In this document: positions 20,926 through 45,560 of the stretch, one piece after another
Numbering within the stretch: the stretch's first letter is position 1
How the letters are laid out: each line of letters begins with the position of its first letter
Notes under the pieces: generated by a model
What the model was told of the DNA's origin: nothing
What the model saw: the letters and a program-made list of their open reading frames with translations, nothing else
The model's database searches: none
Translations under genes and position numbers: made by a program
Assembly (NCBI GenBank): GCA_002104945.1
Contig: MCFH01000002.1
Span: forward strand, 1,612,001 to 1,676,000
DNA from: Piromyces finnis finn
Lineage: Eukaryota; Fungi; Neocallimastigomycota
DNA: 64,000 bases
Direction of reading: 5' to 3'

Positions 20926-22309
20926 TTACTTCTTTCTTTCTTGCTTCCATTTATATATTGGTAAACCATTTTTATCTGTTCCAACCTTTCTTCTTCTTCC
21001 CTTTCCCTATTTTTATTTTGTAGTTTAATAATTAATAATTACGTATATATTTAATAATTATAAATATCATTATTATATTAATTTACCATTAAAGCCTTTT
21101 GGATATCCATTTCATTTTGAACAGATGATAAATTTTTTTCTCTTTCAATACGAGATAAAAGTTCTCTTATATTTTTTGATCTAGATTTTACTAATTTTTC
21201 AACATTAACATCATCATCCACATTTAATTTTGCATTCTTTACAATTTCTTTTGTTGGACGATTAAACTTTCTTGCTAGTAATTCCGGATAGGTATTAAAA
21301 TGCTTAGCAGCATCAAAATTCTTTGCTTTAAATTAAAATTATAAAATTAAAATTAATACCAACATTAATATTTATTGCTGTTTATGATAATTTTTCATTA
21401 TATAAATTTTATACCTTCATCATCATCATCTACGAAAATAGTGTGATTCGAATTATTAGTTTCTTCATCATAATATTTGTCATTTTCTTCTTGACCTTTC
21501 TCCATAAAATGCATTGCATTTTTTAATTTTTCTATTTTCTATGTTTTATAATACAATTATTGTTATATTATTTTATTTACATTATTAATAATTCGATATA
21601 ATATGTAATCATATAATTATATGTGAAAAAATAATTATATAAATACCAATTTATTTATAGAATTTTGATAATTGACATAATTTTTATCTTGTGTTTTTAA
21701 AAGTTTTAAAAATTCTGCTGAAAATTTCTCATTTCTTTCTGCAATATGAACTCCATCCTAAAATTTATTGAATTTTAATTTAAAATTTTTTAAAATTTTA
21801 ATAATTTAATAAATGGATAGAATATAAATAAATTAAATTTATTATTACTTTAGTTTTAGTAGATTGCATTTTAAAGTAAAATTCATCTGGATTTTTAAAA
21901 GCAGCTTTTAATTGAAGGGCTCTTAATCTTTTTTGTTTTTTGTTATAATCTCTTGCACGAAGAACATAATCTTTATGTTTTTCTAGTAAACCTAAACGTT
22001 CACGAGAAGCTAATTGTGAACGTTCTCGATGCTCACGTCTATGAACTGCATTTCTTTTTATTGATTACAGAAAAAAAAAAAAAATAGAAAATAAAATAAG
22101 TATTTATTATTATTTTTTTTTTTACCATTAATTGAAATATATTAAATATTTATAATAAAATTTTTAAATGTATATATATAATAAAATTTTATATTTTTAA
22201 TTCAGATATTTCTATTTATTTTTATATTTCTCTATAATATACATTTAGTTATTTTATTTTTTATTTTTATATCTATATGGTTTACTAATAAATACCTTAA
22301 TGATGACAT
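20926..22309 (-). CDS. UTP11: U3 snoRNP / SSU processome protein Utp11, multi-exon
   Basis: Hand-spliced MSSL|...[33 protein letters not shown]...[14 protein letters not shown]...[13 protein letters not shown]. Not in the ORF track because the exons are short. Confidence 0.9.
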
Positions 22310-22774
22310 TTTGAAATTTTATTTTAAAATTTTAAAATATTTTAGAAATAAAAATTTAAACCTTGATAATAACGAATCATTTCTAAATCAAATATTTAAA
22401 AAATATAAGTTTAAAAAAATGTGTTCGATTGGTTAATAAATTTTTTAAATAAAATAATTTAAAAATTATTATTATTATTAATTAAAATAGATAGAAAGTG
22501 TAATTACAATTTTTATTTAAATATTTATATATTAGAAAAAGAAGTTAACATTATATAATATAAATGAATAATGTATATATTTTATTATATATATGCATAT
22601 AAATAAAAGACAAAAAATGCTAATTGTTTTAAGGTTTAGAGTAATTTTTAAAATTTTTAGAATTTAAAAAAAAGATAAATTTTTTATGATGTTTTCTTTG
22701 TTACACAAAATGTATTTATTAATTTTTATTAAAATAATAAATAAAAATATACTTAACTATTTTATATCAAGAAA

Positions 22775-24229
<1,455 letters not shown>

Positions 24230-24535
24230 AAAACAATAAATAATTAGTAATAAATATATATATTATTATTAATCATTATCATTATTTTTATTTTACTAAT
24301 AAATAAAGATTTTTATTTTATTTTATTTTATTTTATTTCAATTGATACAGTTAAATATGATTTAAAATATATCTATTTTGTTTTAAACGTCTTGATTTGT
24401 GGTTGATATAAAAAGGGTATAAAAATAAATAATAAAAATTAAATAATAATTAAATTAAATTATTTAATTGTTATATGTATACTGTCATTGCATATTAATG
24501 TTTTTTTTTATTTAAGCATTAAATGTATATATGTT

Positions 24536-29212
<4,677 letters not shown>

Positions 29213-29701
29213 TTTGATTGCATATTCTTATTTTAATTTATTCTAATATTGTTATTCTTTAAGACAAAAGTTAAAATAATTATTATTCTCAAATTTATCG
29301 AAATTCCAATAATTTCAATAGCTTTCACTGTTATATATTTTAATTTAATATTAATTTTTTATATTTAATTTCATATAAACTTATTAATATTCCGAATTTA
29401 ATGAGAAAATTAATTTCTTCATAAAAGAATATACCTATTACTTTTTTATTTTTTTATTTTTTTTATTATTTTTTTTTTTTACTTATATACTTCAAAATAA
29501 TAATAATTAAAGTTTACGAAATTTTGTATAATAAATTAAATTTATAATTTATATTTTATTGTGTTAAATTAATTATGGTATAATAAATAAATTATAATAA
29601 TTTAAGTTTTTAAATAACTTAATAGTAAATAAAAAAAAAAAACAAAGAAAAATCGAAATATTTAAAAAGAAAAATAAAGATAGTTATGTAATTTTTTAAA
29701 A

Positions 29702-35145
<5,444 letters not shown>

Positions 35146-36089
35146 TTTTATTAGATGTCTATAATATATTACTAATGTATATTAACAAAAATCTAATATA
35201 ATTTTATTAATATATTAATGTATACAATCTACTTTTTAATTATATCTAAATTTTACTTACTTTTCTTATAAAATTAAGACTAAATTTTTATTTTAATAAT
35301 ACTTATTATGTTAAATATTTTGATTTAACAAATAATGTATTTTAATATAATCATAAATAACAAAATTATTATTTATAAATTATGTTTTTTTTTTTTTTTT
35401 TTTTTTTTTTTATTTTATTTTTATTTATCTATTTATTTATTTATCTATCTTTGGTATGTTTATTATAGCATAAAGCTATTTTCTTTTTTTTTTTTTAATA
35501 ATTAAAACTAAAATAAATTTTCATAATATAAATTAAATAAATTTAAAAATTTTGAATTAAATTATTGTTATATATTATAAATCATAATTAAAAAATAATG
35601 CTTATTAATTATAAAGGCATATAATAAAATGTTTATATTCTTAACTTACAATAATATATATTATAGCACTACTTTTTTAATTCAAGTTTAAAAAATTTTT
35701 ACTTTAAATGACAATTATAATTAAATATCTCATTAAGTTTTAAAAATTTTAATATAATTAAAAAACCTGGACAACTGTTGTAAAAATAGTTTTCAACCAA
35801 TCAAGATTTATATTATAACCTATATATATTAAATAGTAAATTAATCATAATTATATGTATAATAATAAAATAATGTACTTACACATGAATATCTAGTGAT
35901 ATTATATTATCTAATATATATAAATAATTTATAATTATATAAAAATAAATAATAATAATAATAAAAGAACAAAGGAAAAAAAAAATAGTCTGTAATTGGT
36001 TTTCATCTAATTATAATTATTATTAAAAAAAAAAAATAATAATAATAACAGCATTTGTAAGTAGCTTTTTAGAATATTCATAAATAAAA

Positions 36090-37959
36090 ATGAGTCTTAG
36101 TGTATTTTTAAACGCTAATATTAATTCAAATAAAAGAATTCTTAATTCTTTTGTAAGTATCAAATATTTAATAAAAATGGACATCTAATTTATATTTTTA
36201 ATAGAAAAAAAAAAAAAAAAAAAAATTAAATTTATTTACTTTTACTTTATTATTGCTATTTTTATTTTAAAATTTTAAAATTTTAATATAGTCAACATTC
36301 AAAAATAAGCATATTTTAAAATCAAATTTATCTATTTTTTCGAAGAAAAAATCCTTAACGTCAAAACCAATTGATTTTGCAACAACAATTACAACTTTAC
36401 CAAATGGATTAAAAGTAGCATCTGAAGAAGCTCCTGGTCATTTTGCTTCACTAGGAATATATATTGATGCTGGGTCACGTTATGAAAATGACCAGAATGC
36501 TGGATCTAGTCATTTAATAGATCGTTTAGCTTTTAAGGTTTGTATTTTTAGTGATGCTATTTTTCATATAATTAGTATTACATAATGGTTGTTGTAATAT
36601 ATTATTATTAAAATATAAATCCTAATATAAAGATTATTTACAAATAAAAATCTAAAAAAAATTTTTTAGAGTACAAAAGATTATACTTCAGAAGAACTTG
36701 TACAAGAAATGGAAAAGCTTGGAGGAAGTGTTGTTGCACATAGTTCTCGTGAATCAATCATTTATCAATCTTCTATATTTAGACATGATATCAAAAATAT
36801 TATTCCCCTTTTTTCACAAATTATTAGGTATCCTCTTCTTCTAAAAAGTGATTTTGAAGAAGTTAAAAAAAGTACACTTTATGAAATTGAAGAACTTACT
36901 CAGCAATCCGATATGCTTCTAGTTGAAAAAGTTCATGAAATTGCATTTAATAATATAGATAGAAAACCAAAAGACTCTAAACCAAATACTGTTGGTCGAT
37001 CAATGTTATGCCCAACAGAAAAATTAAAAACAATGAACTTAGATATTATAAAAGATTTTCGTAAGACATGGTTTACACCTAATCGTATGGTAGTTGTTGG
37101 TACAGGTATGTCACATGAATATTTAGTAGAAAATATAAAAAATTATTTTGGTGATATACCAAAAACTTCGACCGAAATTTTACAAAAGCAAAAGGAACAA
37201 ACCAAGCCAGCAAAATATAGTGGTGGTTCTTTAATTATTAATACAAAAGGACAAGCATTATCAAATCCAGATGATATGATGTTAACTCATATATACCTTG
37301 CATTTGAATCTGTAAGTGCAAATGATCCAGATATTTATGCTGTTGCTGTATTAAATACTCTTATGGGTGGTGGTAGTAGTTTTTCTGCTGGTGGACCAGG
37401 TAAAGGTATATATTCAAGACTTTATTCTCATGTTCTAAATCAACATCAATTTGTTGAGAAATGTCAGATGTTTAATTATTCTTATAACGATACTGGTCTT
37501 TTTGGTATTTCTCTTTCTGTTATTAGTCATCCACAAGTTCACGAATATGTTTTACCAATTATTTTCAATCAAATTCAGGATATGATTAGTCAAATTAAAC
37601 CTGAAGAAGTTAATAGAGCCAAGAATCAATTAACTAGCCAATTACTTATGAATCTCGAAAGTCGTTCTGTTGAACTTGAGGATATAGGTCGACAAATACT
37701 TTCTAATGGTAAAAGAATTTCAGCATCAGAAATGTACAAGCGTATTCAAGAAGTTTCATATTCTGATATTGTAAGAGTAGCACATCGTATTATATTTGGA
37801 GAAACTGATGTAAAAGAAATGAAATCATATCCTGATATGAAATATTCACCAAGAACAGGAGATGGTAGACCAACAATTGTTATAAAAGGTCCATTTGAAG
37901 ATAATGACCCTTTGCTTAAAGCGGAACAAACTGTAAATGAGTTTTTCAAATATAAATAA
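36090..37959 (+). CDS. MAS2: Mitochondrial-type (hydrogenosomal) processing peptidase alpha subunit, peptidase M16B, 3 exons
   Basis: TTLPNGLKVASEE, IYIDAGSRYE, SHLIDRLAFK (degenerate HxxEH as in alpha subunits), and the glycine-rich loop MGGGSSFSAGGPGKGIYSRLY. The N-terminal ~45 aa are K/R/S/F-rich and lack acidic residues, like a presequence. Confidence 0.92.
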
Positions 37960-38417
37960 TAAAATAATATATATATATATAACATAATAAAAAATAGACA
38001 AAATAGAAAATAATTAAATAATGATGATGGATTATAATAATATTATAATAACATTTAATTATAAAAATTATTATTTTTAATTTTTTTTTCAAAAAATATT
38101 ATAAAATAAAAAATAAAGAAAAAAAAAAAAAAAGTATTATCCATATATTAAATTTTTAATTAAATCAAATAAGTTTTTATACAGAATTTTATTTTATTGT
38201 ACAATATAAAAAATTTTATATGGTTTTTAAATAAAAAAGAATAAGAAAAATTATAATTAATATAAAAATATATTTATGTTATTAATATTTATATATATAT
38301 ATCTGTATTTTTTTTTTTTTTCATTACTTTCTTTAGTATTTGAAATTTTTTAAAGCATATTTTGTTATTTTTATTATACATATAAAATATAAAATATAAA
38401 ATAAATAAATAAACAAA

Positions 38418-40456
38418 ATGGAAATTGAAAAAGAAAATGATATTAATAATGATACAAATAATTTTATTAACTCAAAGAAAAAACGTTCTAGTGATGAAGC
38501 AGAAATAATAAATAATATTGAGGATAAAAATCAAGAAAATGAACAAATAATGTTTGAAATTAAACGTTCTCGTACAAAAAATGATGGTTTTAGTGTAGAT
38601 TCAGATTTCGAAAAGGATAATAGTTCAAAAAGTGAAACTATTAATAAAAGCGATTCAAAAAAAGAAAATAACGAAGAAGAAGAGGATTTTGATGAAACTG
38701 AGTTAGAAAAGGATCATCATTATTGTCTTAATAGATTATATTTAAAACGTATTATAAGAGAAAATCATGCTTCACCAATTCGTCAAATTGTTTTCAATCA
38801 TAAATCACTCCCAGGAAGTGAATTTGATGCTAGTAATATTGTAGCTACGGTAGCTAAAGCTGGTGTAAAGACTCGTTAATAATACAAATCAATACATTTT
38901 TCTTATCATATTTTTTATATTAACTATAATTTATCATAAATTTTAATTACAAATTAATAAAATATTATTAATATAGATTACAATATATGATAATGAACAT
39001 TGTGGGAATCACTTTGATATTATGAACCACTTTATTTTAAATGGACAAGGATATTTACCAGGTCCAAATGGAAAACCACCTATTGTTGAAGGTGTAAGTA
39101 TTTTGCTATATAGTAATAAGCATTAAAGCAATATATTAAATTGTTTTTAAATTAAGCAAATGAATACCATGTGTTGGGTTAGAAAAATTGATGATGCAAT
39201 AATGGCTACAGCAGGTGTAGATAAAGTTATTCATATCTTAAGTTTATCATATTTAAAAGAAATAGTGAATCTAATTGGACATGAAGGTATATAACTAATT
39301 TCTTTTTATTAATGGTAAAATTTACAATAATAAGATAAAAATAATTATAATTATATTGTTATAGATGCTATTGAAGATCTTAAATCACATCCTAAAAACA
39401 ATAATATAATATTATCTTCTTCAAGTGATGGTACCATTAGAATATGGGATATTTATAAAGAAAAATGCATTTGCATATACAAATTAAAATATAATCCCAC
39501 AGTTATTGTAAGATATAAATAAAAATAATGATGATAATAATAATAATAATTGAAAAAAAAAAAATTAGATTTCAAAAATATTATAATTAATACATATATA
39601 TAAGGATGTTGATGATAAAGGTAAAACAATTATTGTTGGAACAGAGGCGGGATATGTTATTGAATGTAACATTCCAGAATGGATTAGTGATGAAAATATA
39701 TATAATAAGGAAATAAATACAAATGATATACCATTTATATTTTATACCGATTCAAAATATCAAAGAATATTAAATTCTGAAAAAAAAGTTCATTCTACTT
39801 TAATTGATTCTATCGGTTATATTGGCAATAATAATATATTATCAAAAGATATTAATGGTCATATTTATGAATGGGATTTAGAAACCGAAGAGGTAAAAAT
39901 TATTTGATAATGAAATAAATTATAAATTATATCAACTCTAATTGATATTAAAAAATTAATATAGATAATAAAAGAATTTAAACATCGTTCTTTAATGAGA
40001 CAAAATCGTTGTCGATTTGGAATAAGGTATTTAGTTTTAAAAATTTGCATATAATAATAATAATAATAGAGATTGTAATTTCTCTAAGCTTAAATTGCTA
40101 TATAAATTATAATTAAAAATAGTTATGATAAATCATTATTCGTAGTTGGAACAGCATTTGGTACAGCGTTAATATTTGATTTAAATGAAGGCAAAATAAT
40201 TACAGAAATTGGTCATAAACGTTCAACTGATCCAGTGAAATGTTCAATATTTACACAAAATTGCAAGTAAGTTAGAATAATAATTTTAAATTAAAAAATT
40301 GTAATAATTAAATTAAATACATAAATTTATTTTTATAGGTCAATAATTTATACAAGTGATAATGCAACAATATGGAGATTTGATTATGTTAGTAAAAAAC
40401 AAAAAAAAGAGTGGGAAAATTGGCGTCATGCTCACCCAGAAATTGCTAACAAATAA
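38418..40456 (+). CDS. WD40 protein of the EED/ESC/FIE type (LRWD1-like WD domain not excluded), multi-exon
   Basis: RENHASPIRQIVFNH...IVATVAKAG|ITIYD; MATAGVDKVIHIL...LIGHE|DAIEDLKSHPKNNNIILSSSSDGTIRIWDI; VHSTLIDSIGYIGNNNILSKD; IGHKRSTDPVKCSIFTQNC|KSIIYTSDNATIWRFD. These parallel EED blades in order. Confidence 0.65.
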
Positions 40457-40939
40457 TCAAATAAAAAATTGTTTTAATAATAAACATATAATTTTGATTA
40501 ATACTAAAATTAAATAAATAAAATGATAATTATTTTTGTATTTAAATGAATTTTCCATGTTTATTTGAGACAAAAATATTTATAGTTATTATTTTTAATT
40601 ATTTTTTGTTTTTTATTTAATTATATTAACTTTTTTTATTTAATGTTATCTTTGGTAATTTGAATTTGTTTTACTATAATTGCTTTATTTAGTCACATTA
40701 CTATTTAATAAAATATGCTGACTTTTTTTTTTATTTCTTTATTTATTTATTGTTGTTGTTGTTGTTCTTATTAGTGTTAATTGAGATATGAAATATTATT
40801 TCGGATTTTAAACTTTTTCAAAATGATTTTGATTTACAATTATTAAAAGTGGTATTTTAATTTCGGAATAACTATTTAACGAATAATTGATAATTCAAAA
40901 TCCATAATATAATAAAAATTTAAAAAATAAACAGTACAT

Positions 40940-41918
40940 TTATGCCATAGTATTATCATATTTAACACCATCAATAATTCCTCCTTTCATTGCAGTAAGA
41001 ACATTATCTTTGAAAGTTTTTTTGCTTTTTAAAAGAACCTTGGCTGCCTCTGTTATATTTCAATTTATTAATAAAATTAAATAATTTTAAATAATTGTTT
41101 ATATTAATCTTAATAAAAATACTACATGAATTTTTTTAAAAATAAAAAATAAGAAATAATTACCTTTATTTAATGGATCTTCTGGATTTGGTTCTAAAAA
41201 TAGAAACTGTAAACCTACTAAAATTGAATTAATATTTAAGACTGGCTTCCAATCCTCCCTCAAAATATTTAAACAAATATTTCCATCCAAATCAATATTT
41301 GGATGATATATCTTTTTTGAATATAATATCAAAAATTTTCATTTTTAATTTTAAAATTATATTTAATTATTAGACTTTTGATTAAAATTTAATATTAATA
41401 TACTAAATATTATTAAATTAACAATGTTTAGATATTAACTTTTTGTGTGCATAAAATCTTTGGTGGCTCATGTGGATAATTTGTATTAAAAGTAAATGTA
41501 AAATGAAAAGAACCATCTTTATAATAACCTTTATTAAATTTTATTATAAATAGTATTTTAAAATTGTTAATATTTTCTTTTTTAAAATAATATTAATAAT
41601 AATGAATATTTAACACCTTCGTCTGGTTTAATTGTCAATTCATGTTTAAAAAAATCAGATGGATTTGGAGTAATAAAGTTCATTGTACTTGGTAATTCAT
41701 CCAAATCCGCTAAATCTGAATCAATAATAATTTTCAATTTTATTAAATTAATATTAAAATTTTTATAATAAATTAACTTCAAAATTTATTTAATTTTATT
41801 TTAATAATTAATGTCTCATTATACCTTTTTGTAAACGTAATTGAGCCGCAGTCGTTCTAACCTTTTTAGTTTGAACTCTTTTAGTATCTTTATTCTTTAA
41901 TGACCAAAGATTAATCAT
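40940..41918 (-). CDS. UBC12: NEDD8-conjugating enzyme Ubc12, multi-exon
   Basis: MINLWSLK N-terminal extension; TAAQLRLQK; [13 protein letters not shown]; [25 protein letters not shown] (HPN motif and catalytic Cys); [10 protein letters not shown]. Confidence 0.92.
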
Positions 41919-42411
41919 TTTTAAACTAATTTAGTTTACAATTAAATATCCAAAAGAAAAATAATAAATAATATTTAATTTAAATTTTAATATATAATAT
42001 GGAGAAGATATTTTAAAATTAAATTTATATATAAATCAAAAAATTATAAAATATATATATTAATCTTATTTATATTTCTATATTTCTATGAATAATTTAA
42101 AATATTTACCTTAATTATCCTTTAATACCTATAATTTTTCTTTATTGTATCTAGTAATATAATAATACTAGAAATACCTATTAACCAAATATTGTAACAA
42201 AAATTATTATATTTTGGTAATTAGAATGAATGATTGGTTGATATTTAATATTAATTACATAAATATATATACATCTATTGTTTTTTTTCTGTTTTTTTAT
42301 ATTTTAATAAATTCTAATTAAAAATACTTAAATAAGCTATTTTTTAACCTTCATAGAAATAAATTAAAATTCAAATCATATTTAATAAAAAATTAAGTAA
42401 AAAAAATAAAT

Positions 42412-45400
42412 ATTAATAACAACAATAACAACAATAATAATAACAAAAAAAATAGGTAATTAATATGTTCTAGTAATTTTAAGTAATAGCAAAAAGATTA
42501 TTATTATTTCTAAATTATATTTAATATTCAATGTGATTGAAAGTCAAGGTCAAGGTTTATTAGGAGATGAAATTATTATCAAAATTAATTGTGCCATATT
42601 CCCTATTCCATATTTTCCTTATTCCATATTCCTACTAATAAAAAAAAAAATTTTTTTTAATTTATCAACGACTTTTAAATTTATTCATCGACAATTTTTA
42701 GTATTACTTCTCATACTAATAACAGTTTATGTTTATATTATATTTTAGTATATTTTAGTACTATTTATATTAATATTAAAAAAAAATTTATATTACTTCA
42801 TATATATATATATAATGAATATGATTAATCATATAACCTATTATCCTATATTTAGTTAATTTTTTTCATACTTTCTATTATACATATATATTTTTTCTTA
42901 TTTATTTTACTTTATTGTTTTATATTTTTATTTCTTTATTTTTTTTTTGATTTATTTTATATACATTAAAAAATATAAATTACATTTTATAAAGTATTTT
43001 ATTTTTATTTTCTTCACTATTATTTTGTTATTTTTTTTTACTTTATTTTTATTTTAAAATTTTAAGTAAAAAATGACAACACTTTATATTGCTAATTATT
43101 TAAATTTAACAATCAAGTGGCATACCACACCAGTCACCATTTTCAACACCCCAGTCACCGTCGGCATCTTGGTACCAGACAGTACCACAAGTGGAACAGC
43201 ACTTGTAACCTTGGTTGGTAATAGCTGATGGGCAGATTTCACCACCACCGCAACCACACCAGTTACCGTTTTCAACACCCCAGTCACCGTCAGCATCGGT
43301 GTAAACAACTTGGCAGTTCTTAGAACAGCACTTGTAACCTTGTCTAGTAATTGAAGTTGGGCAAGTACCAGTCTTGTTACCACTGCTGTTGTTGTTGTTG
43401 TTGTTGTTGTGGTTGTTGTTGTTACCACCCTTACCGCCGTAAGAATCTAAACCGTAAATGGAGATAATACCGTTGGCAACCATAATTTCAGTTTGACCCC
43501 AGAATCTGTGGTAAGTGAATTCTGGTGGGTTACCACCGTTAAGGAAGTCTTCAACTTGAGCCCAATCTGGATCTTCCTTGTACTTTGGACGAATGTCAAT
43601 GAAGGTAACACCACTCTTAATGTTAGCACCTTGAGCATTCTTACCAGTCCAACCAGATGGAACGTAAACTTCACCACCGAACTTGTCGTAATCAGCACGA
43701 GCTTCAGTAATAGCATAACCAAGATCATCCTTGTAGTTTTCAATGGCATCCATAACATCAACGGCAAGTTGAATACCTTCGTCATCACCGTCCTTCATAG
43801 AAACCCACATTAAAGCCTTGACAATAGAGGCAATAGAACCAAGATCACAACCTTCAGAGGTAACAGTACCGTGGAGAGAAGCGTTGAGGTTGGACTTTTT
43901 GAAGTTGGAGGACTTCCATTCATCTGGATTACCATCCCAACCTAAGTTAGTGGCGTGGATAACTTCACCATTGCTGACACGAGTAGTTTCCTTAACCCAC
44001 TTAGCCCAGTTTTGACAAACAAGACCAGCTCTTTCATCACCAGAAAGGTAGTATAAGGAACAGACACGTTCCATACCCCAACCTTGCATACCAGTCCAGT
44101 TGTTGGATGGTGGGTCGTGGTAAACTGGTTGCCAATCGTACCACATACCGTAGAAGGTAGTGATTTCGCTAGATGGCTTAGCGTAAGAACCTTGCCATGA
44201 GTTAGTGGCACCACCAGCAATACAACCTTCTGGAGTTTGTAACCATCTGAATAATTCTAATTGACGTTCCATAGAAGTAGCCCAATCCTTAGCACCAGTA
44301 GCAGATTTTGGCTTGAAAGCAGATTGAGTAGAAAGAATCCAGGCAGCTAATGGTGATTGGTAACCAGTGTGAGTGTGAGAAGAACCAATTCTCCAAGCCC
44401 AGTCACCTTGTAAACCACCACCCCAGGCGAAGTACCAGGAAATAAGGTAGTGAGCAGAGTTCTTACCAGAACCAGCAGAACATTGTTGGTATCCAACACA
44501 GTTACCAATCTTCTTGAAGTACTTATCGTATTGAGCATAACGTAAGTAATCACCAAGCTTGGCAGCATTGGAAGCAACGGATGAAAGGTTAACACCATCT
44601 TCATCAGCCCATAACCAGGCGAAGTAGGCAGCTTGAATAGCACGAGCATCAGCATCTGGAGCAGCAGTGTATCTCCATTGCTTGGCGTAACTGTTATCAA
44701 CAGTGAAAAGATCTAAGAAACCGTTACGACCACCCCACTTCATGGCTTCCCAACATGGGTGTGGAACAGTCTTCCAAGTAGATTCAGATGGACCACGTTG
44801 GAAGGTGTTAATGAAAGATGGCTTAGACTTACCATCACCTTGTTGACCATAACCATACCAGTTATCACCATCAATAATCCAGTGCATAGCGTAAATATCC
44901 CAGTTACCGTAGGCTTGGGAAAGTTCCTTAGCAATTGGATCTTCACCAACAATACCGTTTTGGAAGATAAGTTCAGATGGATAACCATCAATATCATCAT
45001 GTTCAGCAGCGTAAGTAGCTGGAGATGATGGGTTGTACTTACTGTTACCTGGTTGGTTCTTGCTGTCTGGAATCATGTGCTTTTCTAAGTAACTCCAGGC
45101 AGTTTCAACACCAGAGTAATCACCGGTAAGTTTACCGTTAACAGCTTCTAACCAAATCCAGAAAGAATAGGTTTCAGAGACAGATTCGTGACCATGATCT
45201 GGAGCTTCAACCATAAGAGTTTCAACAGAGTGGTATGGAACATTTTCTGGTGAGAAGTATTCAGAATTGTATGAACCATTTCCAGTCATAATGTTGTAAT
45301 GTTCAATAGCACGTTGAGCGTAAACATCATTGGCACGCTTCTTCATGGCTGGTGCAGCAATAACAGCAGCAGAAGCACTAAGTAAAGTTAATGCAGTTCT

Positions 45401-45431
45401 GATAGATGGCATGTTAAAAAAATTATTTTTT
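42412..45431 (-). repeat. Left arm of large inverted repeat (GH48 gene plus 3' flank)
   Basis: Reverse complement of 47747-50636 plus 55200-55329. The 3' flank matched by eye, including homopolymer lengths. Confidence 0.93.
43106..45412 (-). CDS. cel48A: Cellulosomal GH48 cellobiohydrolase with two C-terminal fungal dockerin (CBM10-like) domains, intronless; copy 1
   Basis: 768 aa: signal peptide and KKR; GH48 motifs ESVSETYSFWIWLEA, FINTFQRGPSESTWKT, QWRYTAAPDADARAIQA, HYLISWY, GGATNSW and YHRFWGQTEI; poly-N linker; two CCS..C.V.Y.DADGDWGVENG.WCG modules. Confidence 0.96.
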   Translation of the reverse strand: MPSIRTALTLLSASAAVIAAPAMKKRANDVYAQRAIEHYNIMTGNGSYNSEYFSPENVPYHSVETLMVEAPDHGHESVSETYSFWIWLEAVNGKLTGDYSGVETAWSYLEKHMIPDSKNQPGNSKYNPSSPATYAAEHDDIDGYPSELIFQNGIVGEDPIAKELSQAYGNWDIYAMHWIIDGDNWYGYGQQGDGKSKPSFINTFQRGPSESTWKTVPHPCWEAMKWGGRNGFLDLFTVDNSYAKQWRYTAAPDADARAIQAAYFAWLWADEDGVNLSSVASNAAKLGDYLRYAQYDKYFKKIGNCVGYQQCSAGSGKNSAHYLISWYFAWGGGLQGDWAWRIGSSHTHTGYQSPLAAWILSTQSAFKPKSATGAKDWATSMERQLELFRWLQTPEGCIAGGATNSWQGSYAKPSSEITTFYGMWYDWQPVYHDPPSNNWTGMQGWGMERVCSLYYLSGDERAGLVCQNWAKWVKETTRVSNGEVIHATNLGWDGNPDEWKSSNFKKSNLNASLHGTVTSEGCDLGSIASIVKALMWVSMKDGDDEGIQLAVDVMDAIENYKDDLGYAITEARADYDKFGGEVYVPSGWTGKNAQGANIKSGVTFIDIRPKYKEDPDWAQVEDFLNGGNPPEFTYHRFWGQTEIMVANGIISIYGLDSYGGKGGNNNNHNNNNNNNSSGNKTGTCPTSITRQGYKCCSKNCQVVYTDADGDWGVENGNWCGCGGGEICPSAITNQGYKCCSTCGTVWYQDADGDWGVENGDWCGMPLDC

Positions 45432-45540
45432 ACTTAAAATATTATTAATCAATAATAATAATTTATTTAATTAATTAAATATTATTTTCCAGAAATAATA
45501 CTTTTTATTTAAGTATAATTGAGTGATAAAATATTCCAGG

Positions 45541-45560
45541 AAATTTATCTTTTTTATATA
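45541..45560 (-). promoter_or_regulatory. Putative TATA box of GH48 copy 1
   Basis: TATATAAAAAAGATAAATTT on the minus strand, ~140 bp upstream of the ATG; a similar motif lies upstream of copy 2. The AT-rich background weakens this call. Confidence 0.35.
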
